Of a DNA stretch of 64,000 nucleotides, positions 64,000 through 64,000 are shown one piece after another (positions within the stretch are counted from its first letter, which is position 1; each line of letters begins with the position of its first letter). Made by a program: the position numbers and the translations under genes. Location of the stretch: positions 64,001 through 128,000 of IMG/VR virus record IMGVR_UViG_3300034161_000018. The stretch is one strand, 5' to 3'. This DNA comes from a virus (Duplodnaviria; Caudoviricetes). Below the pieces are notes generated by a model that saw only the letters and a list, made by a program, of their open reading frames with translations, made no database searches and was not told where the DNA came from.

Positions 64000-64000
64000 C

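Noticed and set aside
1-64000. tRNA genes, integrase, transposase, reverse transcriptase, CRISPR array
   Set aside because: No cloverleaf/T-loop signature in any intergenic gap (all are short) and no such protein motifs by eye. tRNAscan-SE and HMM searches would be needed for certainty.

Overview
This is a 64 kb segment of a large (jumbo-type) contractile-tailed bacteriophage genome. Every credible gene (about 60) lies on the minus strand, and the long plus-strand ORFs are antisense shadows. In window order it contains: a truncated dCMP deaminase; a baseplate/tail block (hub-like protein, gp53-like LysM wedge, gp48-like junction protein, tape-measure-like protein with a VgrG3-type peptidoglycan hydrolase domain, two gp26-like chaperones, two tube-fold proteins, sheath 1); a head block (major capsid, decoration protein, scaffold, prohead protease); an orphan tube paralog; a GT2-TPR glycosyltransferase; an NAD-dependent ligase; three paralogous fibre proteins next to a second full-length sheath; class II RNR (nrdJ); a J-domain protein; a UvsW-like helicase; a beta-clamp-like protein; a UDG-like-domain/PolA fusion; a 1992-aa SNF2-type helicase; a small HNH nuclease; and head/neck proteins. 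From memory the gene set resembles the Lu11/PaBG/RSL1/Erwinia Y3 group of jumbo myoviruses, but no search was run. I saw no tRNA, CRISPR array, integrase or transposase. The most interesting signals are: (i) two sheaths plus a fibre-paralog trio plus an orphan tube lacking its polymerisation loop; (ii) a recurrent hydrophobic-[SA]-hydrophobic-[SA]-[SA] motif near the N-termini of head proteins and of the giant helicase, suggesting protease processing and a packaged, injected helicase; (iii) two candidate phage promoter motifs (AAACTGTAAAC before DNA-metabolism genes, TAATTT[AT] before structural operons); and (iv) a GT2-TPR enzyme with short collagen-like motifs in small ORFs, suggesting protein glycosylation. 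All functional calls come from motif recognition by eye.
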